From: Eledone cirrhosa
Taxonomy: Eukaryota
Direction: 5' to 3'
DNA length: 64,000 bases
Assembly: GCA_964016885.1 (NCBI GenBank)
Contig: OZ024760.1
Coordinates: 27,652,001 to 27,716,000 of the forward strand
Positions 25,035 through 40,720 of the stretch are shown here, piece by piece (within the stretch, counting starts at the first letter, position 1; each line of letters starts with the position of its first letter). The notes beneath the pieces were generated by a model, which was not told the DNA's origin, searched no databases, and worked only from the letters and a program-made list of their open reading frames with translations. The position numbers were made by a program, and so were the translations under genes.

Positions 25035-25692
25035 AGAGAAGGAATAACCCTACTAAGTCACACACAACCGCACTGTCATATGAACCCATTGCAACATCAA
25101 AAGAGTTTACAGGGTTTGACTTTTTAACCCAAATACTTTCATTAGTAAAGAGTAGAGTTTTCCTAGCATGAAAAATGTCTTCTAATTTAGAAATATTAAT
25201 GAAGGGTCTTGCAAAATCTAAGGCTTTAGTTAATAAGGAAACAGTAATAGAGGGGTAAAAATCAACAATATCAAATTGGGTAAATCTACACTTATTTTTA
25301 CCTTGTATATTATTAAACCCAGAAATAACAGAGGATGTATTTAACCATTGTGATAAGTCAGTCTTAGTTCTAATTTGGAGAATTATTTTTCTTAAGATTT
25401 TTTTACTTGCAAGGCCAACTTCGGTGATTTAGCCGGGTTAATCAGTCTACAGCTAGGTCGATTAGTAAAGTCTAATTTATGGTCTTTAAGGGTAATATAT
25501 ACTTTACGTTTAGCTAGGCTTTCAATCCGGTTGTCTATTTTAAAAGATCTAGCTAGTTCTTTAGCTTCTTTATTAATAGTATTGTAGGTGTTATTATTAG
25601 TTAATTGATATTTGTTGGTGATACTATTAGTTAAAGTTGGTTATACAAAATACTATTAACTTCAAAGAGATTTTTAGTTTTATCGGAAAGAA
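25035..25692 (-). pseudogene. Penelope-type reverse transcriptase fragment (degenerate)
   Basis: Manual translation of the minus strand gives ITLKDHK..F..RPSCRLINPAKS, QFDIVDFYPSI and FDVAMGSYDSAVVCDLVGLFLL, which are PLE RT motifs; frameshifts are present. Confidence 0.85.
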
Positions 25693-25869
25693 CATATATA
25701 TATATATATATTATATGGCATATTAGAATATATATATATATATATGACATATTAGAATATATATATATATATATATATGACATATTAGAATATATATATA
25801 TATATGTGACATATTAGTTTAACAATAATAATAATAATAACAAAAGCAAGTTATTTTACATATTTCATA

Positions 25870-26000
25870 TCATTGCTTTACGATCGTTTCGGAGGTTAAT
25901 CATATTGATATATTGACTGATCTATAGCAGTTAGAGAACTGTATACTATCAGACATAATATATGTGAGTTCAATCATATCGTCTTCTTCAGAAACAATGA
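25870..26000 (-). ncRNA. Type I hammerhead ribozyme, long stem II, stem III CGAUCG
   Basis: Minus strand: UCAUUGUUU-CUGAAGA-[about 95 nt]-GAAA-CGAUCG-UA-AAGCAAUGA; related to 10387-10524 with compensatory-looking differences in stem I. Confidence 0.8.
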
Positions 26001-26310
26001 AGTTAGTACATACACAGGACAGTGTATGTACTAACTAAGAATAAACATACTATATAAATATATATTCTAGATTGCCTCCTTTGATTGGTAAAGATAGTGG
26101 AAGGACTATTGTAAGATCCTCTCCCCACTATCATAAGAGGAGTAAGTGGACGAAGAAGAAGGTATTTCTACCCATCACTGTCTTTGACAGCATTTAACTG
26201 TTTTAACAGCTGTTCTAGCGATGAGTTTTCTCATTTTATATGTATTCTAATACACACTCGCTTCGTCTTGATCAGATACAACATGGCTTTTTGATTTAAT
26301 GTTATATATA

Positions 26311-26486
26311 CCGTATTTCCCGACATCGAAGACGCTACTTTTTTCCTAAAATAAGCCTCAAAAATCTACCGTGTGTCCTAGAGGCCGAAGGTTGTTTATT
26401 CTTTTTTTTTTTTTTTTTTTTAATTTTTGTTTATCAAAATTAGGGTGCGTCCTCGAAGACAAAGCCTCTTCGGCGCCGGGAAATAC

Positions 26487-26488
<2 letters not shown>
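26311..26488. mobile_element. Tc1/mariner (pogo/Tigger-like) MITE
   Basis: Terminal inverted repeats CCGTATTTCCCG / CGGGAAATACGG with TA on both flanks. Confidence 0.8.
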
Positions 26489-26536
<48 letters not shown>

Positions 26537-26539
26537 TAT

Positions 26540-26791
26540 CTAGGGCAGGTAAAATTTCCGAGATCCATGGATGAGTTCCCTCCAGCGACCTTTGTCCTTC
26601 ATCATCGCTGCCATGTCCTGCGTCTCAAAGAGACCAGTGTCTGTCCTTAAGGCATCAATAAATGTTAACCTCGGTCTCTCTCTTCTAGTATGTCCGTGTG
26701 GGGGCTCCACCGGACTACTGAGTGCAGTGTCAACTTTGAATGTCGAAGAGCATGTTCAGCTAACCCCAGTCTCTTCTGTGTCACTTTGGAA

Positions 26792-26866
<75 letters not shown>

Positions 26867-27055
26867 AACACACACATACATATCCTCGGTATCCCTTTTC
26901 CAGTGTGTCCGTGTAGGAACTTCCACAGGAGCACTGAGTGCAGTGCCAACTTTGAATGTTGGTGAGCATGTCCAGCTAACCTCAGTCTCCTCTGTTACTT
27001 TCGAGCTGACATTTGGGAGGCTCCCGTGCAACTCTGAGTTCTTAATACTCAATTG
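26540..27055 (-). mobile_element. Two diverged RTE 3' fragments (26540-26795 and 26885-27055)
   Basis: Similar to 2852-3180 and 32201-32520. Confidence 0.85.
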
Positions 27056-27432
27056 ATTATACCGAAACATATTCTTTTATATATCGTTTAAACCTGTGTC
27101 CGTCATGATCTGATGTCCATGGGGCTTTTATTATTGAGAAACATAATCGATATATATTTTATATGTATCGATTAAACGTGAACATAGTACATAACGGCAC
27201 CTAATTTTCAAAAATTAGTTGCGTTGTCTTAACGACACCTATTCGGAGCTATTTTTGGCACTTTTTACGCCCTGTCCTGTAATATCTACTCTTCAGTTAA
27301 ACATTATTTTAACTCCATGTGGAGAACATAGAAAATATACTTTGTAGTATGTATGTGGTGTACATAAGTCTCAATTAACGGCTAGGAAGTTACGATTGTT
27401 GAGGTTGGTAGATTATAGTAATTTTTAAGCCT

Positions 27433-27508
<76 letters not shown>

Positions 27509-27971
27509 CACATACATATAAACATACATATAAACATATTTCGATATATATATATATATGCACATGTGCATACATATACATATATATAAACATATATATA
27601 TATATATACATACATAGGCATACATATACATACATATAAACATATATTTATACATATATACACACATACGCATATATATACATACATATAAACATAAATA
27701 CATATACACACATACATATACATACATATAAATATATATTTATATATATATATACACACATACGCATATATATACATACATATAAACATAAATATATATA
27801 CACACATACTTATACATACATATAAACATATTTATATATATATATACACACATACGCAAATATATATATACATATATAAACATGTATTTATATATATATA
27901 CACATACATATACATACACACACGTACATACACACAAACATACAGACATATATATAGATATATACATACAA

Positions 27972-28022
<51 letters not shown>

Positions 28023-28599
28023 TATACATACAAGCATATATATATATATGTATATATGTATATATATATATGTATACATACATATAAGATATACATATAT
28101 ACACATATAAAAGGTTGGTCTCATATATAAATGTGACAACTCCACTCTATGTAATTAGGTGGAGACAACCGACATTTCAACTACTGGAATTAGACACACA
28201 CCTACACATATACATACACACATGCGCACACGCACACACACACGGGTCATATATACACATACATACACACACACGTGTCATATACACACATACACACGTG
28301 TCATATACACACAGACATACACACACGTCACACACACAGGCATGCACACATGCACACACACACACACACATACACACACACACACACACACGTGTCATAT
28401 ATACACAGACATACACACACACGTGTCATATACACACATACACACGTGTCATATACACACAGACATACACACACGTCACACACACAGGCATGCACACATG
28501 CACACACACGTGTCATATATACACAGACATACACACACATACACCCATACAATAAGTGTGTCGGTGTGAGAGTTCTTCCGCCTCCTATCTTTAAAAATC

Positions 28600-31320
28600 T
28601 ACCTAGCCACACGCAAAACCCCAGCCACCCTCCCACCCCAATGAGACCCTAAACACTCAGCCATCCAGCTAGCCACCAGCTACCCAGCCACCCGCCCACC
28701 TCAATGACACCCCTAGCCACCCAGCCAGCCACCCAGCTACCCAGCCACCCGCCCACCTCAATGAGACCCCTAGATAGCCACCCAGCTATCCAGCCACCCG
28801 CCCACCTCAATGACACCCCTAGCCAACCAGCCAGCCAGCCAGCCACCCTGACAGCCAGCCACCCAGCTACCCAGATACACGGACAGCCAGCCACCCAGCT
28901 ACGCAGCCACCCACCCACCTCAATGTGCACCCTAGCCACCCAGCCACCTAGCCAGCTCAATGAGCCTCCAAGACACACGGGCACCCAGCCACCCACGGCC
29001 TCAATGAGCTTTCTAGCCACCGAGCCAGCAACCCAGCTATGCAGCCACCCGGCCACCCCAATGAGCCTCCTAACCACACAGCCCGCTAGCCAGCCACCCG
29101 GCCACCCCAATCAGACTCCTAACCACACAGCCAGCCAGCCACCCGGCCACCCCAATGAGCCTCCTAGCCACACAGCCCGCCAGCCAGCCACCCGGCCACC
29201 GCAATGAGACTCCTAACCACACAGCCCGCCAGCCAGCCACCCGGCCACCCCAATGAGCCTCCTAACCACACAGCCCGCCAGCCAGCCACCCGGCCACCCC
29301 AATGAGCCTCCTAACCACACAGCCCGCCAGCCAGCCACCCGGCCACCGCAATGAGACTCCTAACCACACAGCCCGCCAGCCAGCCACCCGGCCACCCCAA
29401 TGAGCCTCCTAACCACACAGCCCGCCAGCCAGCCACCCGGCCACCCCAATGAGCCTCCTAACCACACAGCCCGCCAGCCAGCCACCCGGCCACCCCAATG
29501 AGCCTCCTAACCACACAGCCCGCCAGCCAGCCACCCGGCCACCCCAATGAGCCTCCTAACCACACAGCCCGCCAGCCAGCCACCCGGCCACCCCAATGAG
29601 CCTCCTAACCACAGAGCCAGCCAGCCAGCCACCCGGCCACCCCAATGAGCCTCCTAACCACACAGCCCGCCAGCCAGCCACCCGGCCACCCCAATGAGCC
29701 TCCTAACCACACAGCCCGCCAGCCAGCCACCCGGCCACCCCAATGAGCCTCCTAACCACAACAGCCCGCCAGCCAGCCACCCGGCCACCCCAATGAGCCT
29801 CCTAACCACAACAGCCCGCCAGCCAGCCACCCGGCCACCCCAATGAGCCTCCTAACCACAACAGCCCGCCAGCCAGCCACCCGGCCACCCCAGAAGCCTC
29901 CTAACCACACAGCCCGCCAGCCAGCCACCCGGCCACCCCAATGAGCCTCCTAACCACACAGCCCGCCAGCCAGCCACCCGGCCACCCCAATGAGCCTCCT
30001 AACCACACAGCCCGCCAGCCAGCCACCCGGCCACCCCAATGAGCCTCCTAACCACACAGCCCGCCAGCCAGCCACCCGGCCACCCCAATGAGCCTCCTAA
30101 CCACACAGCCCGCCAGCCAGCCACCCGGCCACCCCAATGAGCCTCCTAACCACACAGCCCGCCAGCCAGCCACCCGGCCACCCCAATGAGCCTCCTAACC
30201 ACAACAGCCCGCCAGCCAGCCACCCGGCCACCCCAATGAGCCTCCTAACCACAACAGCCCGCCAGCCAGCCACCCGGCCACCCCAATGAGCCTCCTAACC
30301 ACACAGCCCGCCAGCCAGCCACCCGGCCACCCCAGAAGCCTCCTAACCACACAGCCCGCCAGCCAGCCACCCGGCCACCCCAATGAGCCTCCTAACCACA
30401 CAGCCAGCCAGCCAGCCACCCGGCCACCCCAATGAGCCTCCTAACCACACAGCCCGCCAGCCAGCCACCCGGCCACCCCAGAAGCCTCCTAACCACACAG
30501 CCCGCCAGCCAGCCACCCGGCCACCCCAATGAGCCTCCTAACCACAACAGCCCGCCAGCCACCCGGCCATCCCAATGAGCCTCCTAACCACACAGCCCGC
30601 CAGCCAGCCACCCGGCCACCCCAATGCGCCTCCTAACCACACAGCCCGCTAGCCAGCCACCCGGCCATCCCAATGAGCCTCCTAACCACACAGCCCGCTA
30701 GCCAGCCACCCGGCCATCCCAATGAGCCTCCTAACCACACAGCCAGGCAGCCAGCCACCCGGCCACCCCAATGCGCCTCCTAACCACACAGCCAGCCCGC
30801 CAGCCACCCGGCCATCCCAATGAGCCTCCTAACCACACAGCCCGCTAGCCAGCCACCCGGCCATCCCAATGAGCCTCCTAACCACACAGCCCGCTAGCCA
30901 GCCACCCGGCCATCCCAATGAGCCTCCTAACCACACAGCCCGCTAGCCAGCCACCCGGCCGCCCCAATGAGCCTCCTAACCACACAGCCCGCCAGCCAGC
31001 CACCCCAATGAGCCTCCTAACCACACAGCCCGCCAGCCAGCCACCCCAATGCGCCTCCTAACCACACAGCCCGCCAGCCAGCCACCCCAATGAACCTCCT
31101 AACCACACAGACAGCCAGCCAACCACCCAGCCACCCCAATGAGCCTCCTAACCACACAACCAGCCCGCCAACCACCCAGCCACCCCAATGAGCCTCCTAA
31201 CCACACAACCAGCCCGCCAGCCAGCCACCCCAATGAGGCTCCTAACCACACAATTAGCCCGCCAGCCAGTCACCCGGCCACCCTAATGCGCCTCCTAGCC
31301 AGCCAGTGGGCCAACAGCCT
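28600..31320. repeat. 49-bp GC-rich minisatellite with degenerate flanks
   Basis: Unit CCACACAGCCCGCCAGCCAGCCACCCGGCCACCCCAATGAGCCTCCTAA; homogeneous core at about 29060-31000. Confidence 0.95.
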
Positions 31321-31434
31321 AGTCGCCTACCCGCCCAACCGATTCAATTCAACGAAAACGCGTGACTGAGTTTACAAAAGAGAAAGAAAAAATAAAATGT
31401 TTGGATAATTCAATGAAAGACAAAAGCAAATATT

Positions 31435-31621
<187 letters not shown>

Positions 31622-31750
31622 CTCACGTATGTGCTTGCTTACCTGTATTGGTTGAAATATGCATACATCTCTCTCTCTCTCTATATATATATATTTATAT
31701 ATATATATACACACACATACGCATACTTCTACAAATATATACTTACGCAT

Positions 31751-31793
<43 letters not shown>

Positions 31794-31827
31794 TACGCAT
31801 ACTTCTACAAATATATACTTACGCATG

Positions 31828-31869
<42 letters not shown>

Positions 31870-31902
31870 TACGCATACTTCTACAAATATATACTTACGC
31901 AT

Positions 31903-31957
<55 letters not shown>

Positions 31958-32013
31958 TATATTTATTTATTTATATGATATATACATACATAAACACAAA
32001 TTAACATATATAC

Positions 32014-32049
<36 letters not shown>

Positions 32050-32098
32050 TTGTATATATATGTTTGTGTGTATATGTATATGTATATATATATATATA

Positions 32099-32140
<42 letters not shown>

Positions 32141-32200
32141 CATACACACACACAAATATATATATATATATACATACAAATACAAAAATATATATATATT

Positions 32201-32687
32201 CTAGGGCGGGTAAAATTCCCGAGATCCATGGACGAGTTCTCTCCAGCGGTCTCTGTCCCTCATTATCGCTGCCATGTCCTGCGTCTCCAACAGACCAGTG
32301 TCTGTCCTTAGGGCATCAACATACGTTAACCTTGGTCTTCCTCTTCCAGTGTGTCCATGTAGGGGCTCCCACAGGAGCACTGAGTGCAATGTCAACTCTG
32401 GATGTCGGTGAGCATGTCCAGCTAACCTCAGTCTCCTCTGCGTCACTTTTGAGCTGACTTTTGGGAGGCTCCCATACAGCTCTGAGTTTTTCATCCTCAG
32501 TGAATACAGATTAATGTTCAGAGTCATCCTCAGCATTCTCGTGTAGCACCCATCCACCATCCGAGTGAGTTTCTTGGTCAGTGTCCAAGTCTCAGACCCG
32601 TACAGCAGCACAGACTCCACTACAGCAATAAAGAGGCGGATTTTCAGGTATTTACGAAGGTCCGACTTCCACATCGATCTCAAGCTG
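32201..32687 (-). mobile_element. RTE LINE 3' fragment with an open frame
   Basis: Highly similar to 2852-3355; translation includes VESVLLYGSETW...GRPRLTYVD. Confidence 0.92.
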
Positions 32688-33015
32688 TCTTGATGTTTCA
32701 ATTCCAGTATTGGCACTGCCAATACTGGAATTGAACCATCTAGACAGTTGAGGTATGTCATACATCAATTCATATATTCTATCTGATGAGGACGTACTGA
32801 AAAAACAGCACATATAATAAAACATATATTTTGATTATGTGAATGTCTTCATTTATTAATATTTTGAATAATATTATTAACTCCAGAAACCCTTTTTACT
32901 TGTAGAGTGCTTTTAATCTATTGTAAAACTATATTCATTGAGTAATCAATGAACCATATTAATATTTGGTTATATATATATATATACATATATGTATGTA
33001 TATATATACATATGC

Positions 33016-33063
<48 letters not shown>

Positions 33064-33153
33064 GTAGGAGGTGAGTTTTATTGTAGTACAATAAAGCAAT
33101 GCAGATATCGGATAAGAAGCACTCTACAGTTTGTAGGACTGGAGTATACATAA

Positions 33154-33375
33154 TATATAAGAACAAAAGATGGTTAAATGAGTTCCATGTATTTTATTAT
33201 GCGCATTTCAAAAATAAGTTGATTTAAAACTGCACTATCCACAAGTGTTTTTTAACCTTCATATCATGTCCTCCTATTTTATCTGATGAAAACACAAATG
33301 TTATTGCATGATGATATTTGTTTTTGAAATGCGCATAATAAAATACATGGAACTCATTTAACCATCTTTTGATCT

Positions 33376-33381
<6 letters not shown>
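33154..33381 (+). mobile_element. Probable PLE terminal fragment with an inverted duplication
   Basis: 33154-33212 is the reverse complement of 33321-33381; same family as 1812-1970. Confidence 0.7.
33275..33345 (+). ncRNA. Type I hammerhead ribozyme (stem III UGCGCA)
   Basis: UAUUUUAU-CUGAUGA-stem II-GAAA-UGCGCA-UA-AUAAAAUA; paralog of 1844-1914. Confidence 0.85.
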
Positions 33382-33436
<55 letters not shown>

Positions 33437-33562
33437 AAGTTCATAGCTGGAGGTGAAGTCCACTCATCTTACACTACGGCATTTTCTTACCGTTATTTCC
33501 TTAGACTTAAACACCTCTTTCTGAAGAAATGAAGTATTTTAGGTAATGCTAGCGATGGAGCA

Positions 33563-34125
33563 TAATAAATGTTTCTACTTTTGGCACAAGGCCAGCAGTT
33601 ATCTCAGTGTATTACTGGTACTTTATTTTATCGACCCCGTAAGGATGAAAGGCAAAGTTAACTTCAGGGGGATTTGAACTCAGAACGCAAAGGGCCATAA
33701 ATCTATGCTGCAAAACATGGCGTCCGACCCTCTACTGATACTGCCATTTTTTCACCCCGATTGAGAATAATAATTATTTCTACTTTAGGCACAAGGCCGG
33801 CAATTATTCCAGTGCATTACTGGTACTTTATTTTATCGAACCCGTAAGGATGAAAGTCAAAGTTAACCTCGGCGGGATTTGAACTCAGATCATAAAGGGT
33901 CGTAACTCTATGCTGCTAAGCATGGCGTCCGAGCAGCTACTGATACTGCCAATCCCCCGCGATTGAGCAGAATAATTGTTTCTACTTTGGCACAACGCCA
34001 CGAATTACCCCAGTGTATTTCTGGTACTTTATTTTATGGACCCCATAAGGATGAAAGGAAAATTAACCTCGGCGGGATTTGAACTCAGAATGGCATGACG
34101 TCCGACCCTCTACCGATACTGCCAA
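33563..34125 (-). mobile_element. Three head-to-tail SINE copies
   Basis: Reverse complement of the 17527 SINE, starting at about 33565, 33770 and 33970. Confidence 0.85.
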
Positions 34126-34509
34126 TCATGCAATCAGCGCTCATAGACTAATATTGTACTGAAACATGTGTTAAAGAACTGACTCTAATTAAATTTTTCT
34201 CAACTAACTTCTACTTCAAGCCTAGTCCTGTACCTGCGCGCATGCGTGTACATTTTTGTATACATAAATATACACACACTCAAATGCACAGACAGAGACA
34301 TACACACACACCAAATACATGCACTCCTATATACATATAAACCCCGGACCATGTCATCCATATACGGCAGCTATACAGATTGATGGCCAGAATTTATTTC
34401 GACAATTAGTGAATCATAAAACATTTAAAATGGCGACCAAAGTGGAAGTTAATGACTCGGAAAATCTCACTTTATAGGTTTTCACCTATAACATAGTTAA
34501 GAAAGATAT

Positions 34510-34613
<104 letters not shown>

Positions 34614-34648
34614 AGTGTATGGGTGTGTATATGTATGTATATATATAC

Positions 34649-34691
<43 letters not shown>

Positions 34692-34778
34692 CGTGTGTAA
34701 GTGTGTATGTGTGTGTCTATATATGTATATATATATGTGTGTGAGTGTATGTGTGTGTATATGTATGTATATATATAC

Positions 34779-34825
<47 letters not shown>

Positions 34826-34912
34826 CGTGTGTAAGTGTGTATGTGTGTGTCTATATATGTATATATATATGTGTGTGAGTGTATGTGTGTGTATATGTAT
34901 GTATATATATAC

Positions 34913-34970
<58 letters not shown>

Positions 34971-35805
34971 ATATACGTGTGTGTGTGTGTGTATGTGTGT
35001 GAATTTAATGTCAGAAAAAGAACAACAAATTTCTGAATACATATATTTACTGGCTAAGAACTTGTTTAGGAGACAAAACCATTAATTTGTATATTGATGA
35101 TATAGTTACCGATCGAGAAATCGATAAGTGAACAGAGAAACTAAAAACATGATTGAGTGCTCTCTTCAGAGCCAAAAGAAACGGTTTAAACATATTAATT
35201 CAAAAATAAATACACAGACTCAAAGAAGAGCGTGGTTCGCCAAAAACAGTGTCAGAACCATTAAATCCCAGAGCTTATCAACAGGTGTAGAGACGATACA
35301 GACTGCACTTCTAAGGAGACTTTAGGTAACTAGAATGTCGCACCTGGTGAGAGGACGAACGAAAACACGACCGCAAGACAGCACGTAATGGCTTGAATGA
35401 ATCGAAAAACCGCTAGAAATAGCAGCCTATAACCATTCAACTTAAAAAGCTCAACAAACATAGAGAAAATTCGTTAGGAGCTAAAATATCAAATGAAAAA
35501 AAAACGGAGTTAAAGACTCGCGTTAATCCCCTGTAATTTAATGAGCTCAAGGATTAAGTACCGCGCTCTTCGTAATATAATATATAGAAAGGAACACACA
35601 AAAGAGTATGTTTTGAATTACAAGTTGTGGAAAACCACTAGAGTGAAAGGCATAATTTCTCCAGGTGGTGTATATTTATTAAAGTGGGTTTCTACATATT
35701 AATTTACATTCCAAATTTTTCGTAGACTTTATGCCTTTCACTCTGGTGGTTTGCTACCCTTTGTAATTGGCAACATACTTTTTCGAGTGTACCTTTCTAT
35801 ATATC

Positions 35806-36012
35806 CACCATCACCACCACCACCAGCACCAGCACCAGCACCACCGCCAGCACCACCGCCAGCACCAGCACCACCACGACCGCCGCCAACACCACCACCA
35901 CTGCCACCTCCACCGCCGCCGGCACCATCACCACCACCACTGCCACCTCCACCAGCGCCAACACCAGCACCACCATCACCGCCGCCGCCACCAACACCAC
36001 CACCACCACCAC
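35806..36012. repeat. (CCA/CCG/CAG) trinucleotide array
   Basis: Directly visible; produces poly-Pro and poly-His pseudo-ORFs. Confidence 0.85.
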
Positions 36013-36318
36013 ACTGCCAAAATATAAATCCTTATTTACGTTGGGGCTTTTCGTAACACAAATATTCCACCCCTTTTTATGTTTGTGTACACACACACAT
36101 AAGTGTATGAGTGTGTGTATGTGTGTGTGTGCATGTATGTACAAATACATATATGTATGTATTTTTATATTTACATATTTAAGTTACATGTATATATACG
36201 CAAATATATATGTATACACACAGACCCCCCCCCCCCCCCACACACACACACACACGCACACACAGACACTCACACGCACATATATATATATAGAAATATG
36301 ATATATATATATAAAACG

Positions 36319-36355
<37 letters not shown>

Positions 36356-36781
36356 GTATGTATTATGTTTACAATATAAATTATATGTATATATATTATA
36401 TATATAACTTACATACATATATATGTGTATATATAGTTATATATATATATTATATATATATACAAATATGATAGATATATATATAACTTACATACATATA
36501 TAAGTGTATATATAATTATATATATATTATATATATATACAAATATGATATATATATATATAAATTACATACATATATATGTGTATATATAGTTATAAAT
36601 ATATATTATATATATACAAATATGATATATATATAACTTACATACATATATATGTGTATATATAGTTATATATATATATTATATATATATATATTTATAT
36701 TATATATATATATGTGTATATATAGTTATATATATATATTATATATATATTATATATATATATATATTATATATTATATAA

Positions 36782-36828
<47 letters not shown>

Positions 36829-36873
36829 ATATTATATATGTATATGTGTATATATAGTTATATATATATATAT

Positions 36874-36907
<34 letters not shown>

Positions 36908-37129
36908 GTGTATATATAGTTATATATATATATTATATATATATATAATATATATATTATATATATATATATGTGTATATATAGTTATATATATATATTA
37001 TATATATATATAATATATATATATATGTATATATAGTTATATATATATTATATATATATATATATTATATATATTATATATATAATATATATATAATATA
37101 TATATAATATATATATATATTTATATAAT

Positions 37130-37172
<43 letters not shown>

Positions 37173-37193
37173 TATATATAATATATATTTATA

Positions 37194-37294
37194 AAAATAA
37201 CAGATTAAAGTTTAAGCAAAGAATCGCTGCTTAAGGGTGATCCCGTTAAGGGTGAAAGCAGCGATTCTTTGCTTAAACTTTAATCTGTTATTTT
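37194..37294. repeat. Inverted repeat with about 39-bp arms
   Basis: AAAATAACAGATTAAAGTTTAAGCAAAGAATCGCTGCTT and its reverse complement. Confidence 0.9.
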
Positions 37295-37393
37295 AATAAA
37301 TATTTGCCCTACGGTTCTTATATATTTGATATATATTTATCCTTATCAAGCCCTCTTTGGATTTTAGTCTTCAAATTTATTATTATTACTAAT

Positions 37394-37442
<49 letters not shown>

Positions 37443-37830
37443 TATATATAATATATATATATATAATATATATATATATAATATATATATATATATAATA
37501 TATATATATATAATATATATATATATATATAATATATAATATATATATATATAATATATATATATAATATATATATATATATAATATATATATATATATA
37601 ATATATATATATATAATATATATATATATATAATATATAATATATATATATATATAATATATATATATATATAATATATATATATATAATATATATATAT
37701 AATATATATATATATAATATATATATATATAATATATATATATAAAATATATATAATATATATATATATATAATATATATATAATATATATATATATAAT
37801 ATATATATATAAAATATATATATATATAAT

Positions 37831-37861
<31 letters not shown>

Positions 37862-37938
37862 TATATATATAATATATATATAATATATATATATATATAT
37901 TATATATATATATATATTATATATATATATAATATATA

Positions 37939-37983
<45 letters not shown>

Positions 37984-37996
37984 ATATATAATATAT

Positions 37997-38058
<62 letters not shown>

Positions 38059-38354
38059 CCTATACGACCAACACCCCATCCCCATCTGCATATATACATA
38101 CATATGTGTATGAATGGTTGAGTCTTTCAACCTGTCAACATCAACACAAACCAAGTTATTCTTCGTAGTTACACAGTCATTTATCCGCCATTGTAAACAT
38201 GGCGTCTTTTGAACTTGCCATTGTCGTAAGGCCGGGCCGGGTTGTTTGATCGAGACCAAAATATATTCACTGTCACGTTTATGTCACCTATACGAAGCCA
38301 TCTAAACTACGCTCCTCTTTTAACTGTCATTTCTGTTGATATATATATACATAT

Positions 38355-38396
<42 letters not shown>

Positions 38397-38418
38397 ATAT
38401 ATATACATATACATATAC

Positions 38419-38451
<33 letters not shown>

Positions 38452-38472
38452 TATATATACATATACATATCC

Positions 38473-38505
<33 letters not shown>

Positions 38506-38600
38506 CACATATGCATATATATATATGCATATATATACATATACATATATGCATATATATACATATATACATATATATACATATAATATCATATATATCC

Positions 38601-38631
<31 letters not shown>

Positions 38632-38688
38632 CACATATGCATATATATATATGCATATATATACATATACATATATGCATATATATAC

Positions 38689-38720
<32 letters not shown>

Positions 38721-38798
38721 ATATCCTTATATATACATATACATATATATATATACATATATATATATATAGATACATATCCTTATATATACATATAC

Positions 38799-38837
<39 letters not shown>

Positions 38838-38896
38838 CATATCCTTATATATACATATACATATATATATACATATATACATATCCTTATATATAC

Positions 38897-38937
<41 letters not shown>

Positions 38938-39187
38938 TATACGTATACATATATATATATATATATATATACATATCCATATATATATATATATACATAT
39001 ACATATCCATATATATATACATATCCATATATATATATATATATAGATATACATATGCATATATACATATCCATATATATATATATATATATTATATATA
39101 TACATATATATATATATATACATATCCTTATATATACATATACATATATATATATATACATATATATATACATATCCTTATATATAC

Positions 39188-39225
<38 letters not shown>

Positions 39226-39243
39226 CCTTATATATACATATAC

Positions 39244-39274
<31 letters not shown>

Positions 39275-39386
39275 ATATATATACGTATACATATATATAT
39301 ATATATATATACATATCCATATATATATATACATATACATATCCATATATATATACATATCCATATCCATATATATATACATATCC

Positions 39387-39452
<66 letters not shown>

Positions 39453-39605
39453 CTATACATATATATACATATACATATATATATATATATACATATACAT
39501 ATATCTATACATATATATACATATACATATATATATATATATATAACATATAGATACATATACATATATATATACATATATATATATACATATATATATA
39601 TGTAC

Positions 39606-39649
<44 letters not shown>

Positions 39650-39705
39650 ATACATATAGAGATACATATCCATATATATATACATATCCATATATATATA
39701 CATAT

Positions 39706-39750
<45 letters not shown>

Positions 39751-39804
39751 CATATATAGATACATATCCATATATATATACATATCCATATATATATACA
39801 TATC

Positions 39805-39884
<80 letters not shown>

Positions 39885-39938
39885 GATATGTATATATATA
39901 TGGATATGTATATATATATGGATATGTATCTATATATG

Positions 39939-39983
<45 letters not shown>

Positions 39984-40036
39984 ATATGTATATATATATG
40001 GATATGTATATATATATGGATATGTATCTCTATATG

Positions 40037-40086
<50 letters not shown>

Positions 40087-40172
40087 TGTACATATATATA
40101 TATGTATATATATATATATGTATATATATATGTATATATATACTATATATGTATATGTATATATATGTATAG

Positions 40173-40224
<52 letters not shown>

Positions 40225-40424
40225 NNNNNNNNNNNNNNNNNNNNNNNNNNNNNNNNNNNNNNNNNNNNNNNNNNNNNNNNNNNNNNNNNNNNNNNNNNNN
40301 NNNNNNNNNNNNNNNNNNNNNNNNNNNNNNNNNNNNNNNNNNNNNNNNNNNNNNNNNNNNNNNNNNNNNNNNNNNNNNNNNNNNNNNNNNNNNNNNNNNN
40401 NNNNNNNNNNNNNNNNNNNNNNNN
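40225..40424. other. Assembly gap (200 N)
   Basis: Run of N. Confidence 1.
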
Positions 40425-40449
40425 AAAGAATTACTGATTAGTCACTCCA

Positions 40450-40720
40450 GGTAGAAATTCTACTTCTCTGAATTGAGAGATCACAGCTCCAATACTGTGG
40501 ACATGTGGTTTGAATGTCTGAGGAAAGAATTACTGGACAGATTTTACAGGCAAAACCAACCGGCAGGAGACCCAGGCGTAGACCCCGAGCAAGACGGTTG
40601 GATATCATCTATGAGCTTGGCAGGTCAAGCTTGGAGATCCAGCTGGATCAGTTGGAGATGGTTGCTTCTGAGAGGACGCGCTGGAAGGAGTGTTTGAGGA
40701 CTCTGACCCCATGACACTCT
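40450..40720 (+). mobile_element. Degenerate 3' end of a second RTE-like LINE family
   Basis: Translation ERITGQIL.AKPTGRRPRRRPR.R..D....RTRWK resembles RTE ORF2 C-termini. Confidence 0.65.

Noticed and set aside
32774-32823. CTGATGAGGACGTACTGAAA hammerhead-like motif
   Set aside because: Stems II and III are not properly formed; likely a decayed relative of 2502-2567.
35751-36056. Proline-rich, formin-like ORF
   Set aside because: A CCA/CCG repeat without flanking coding signal or clear splice sites; a real exon cannot be fully excluded.
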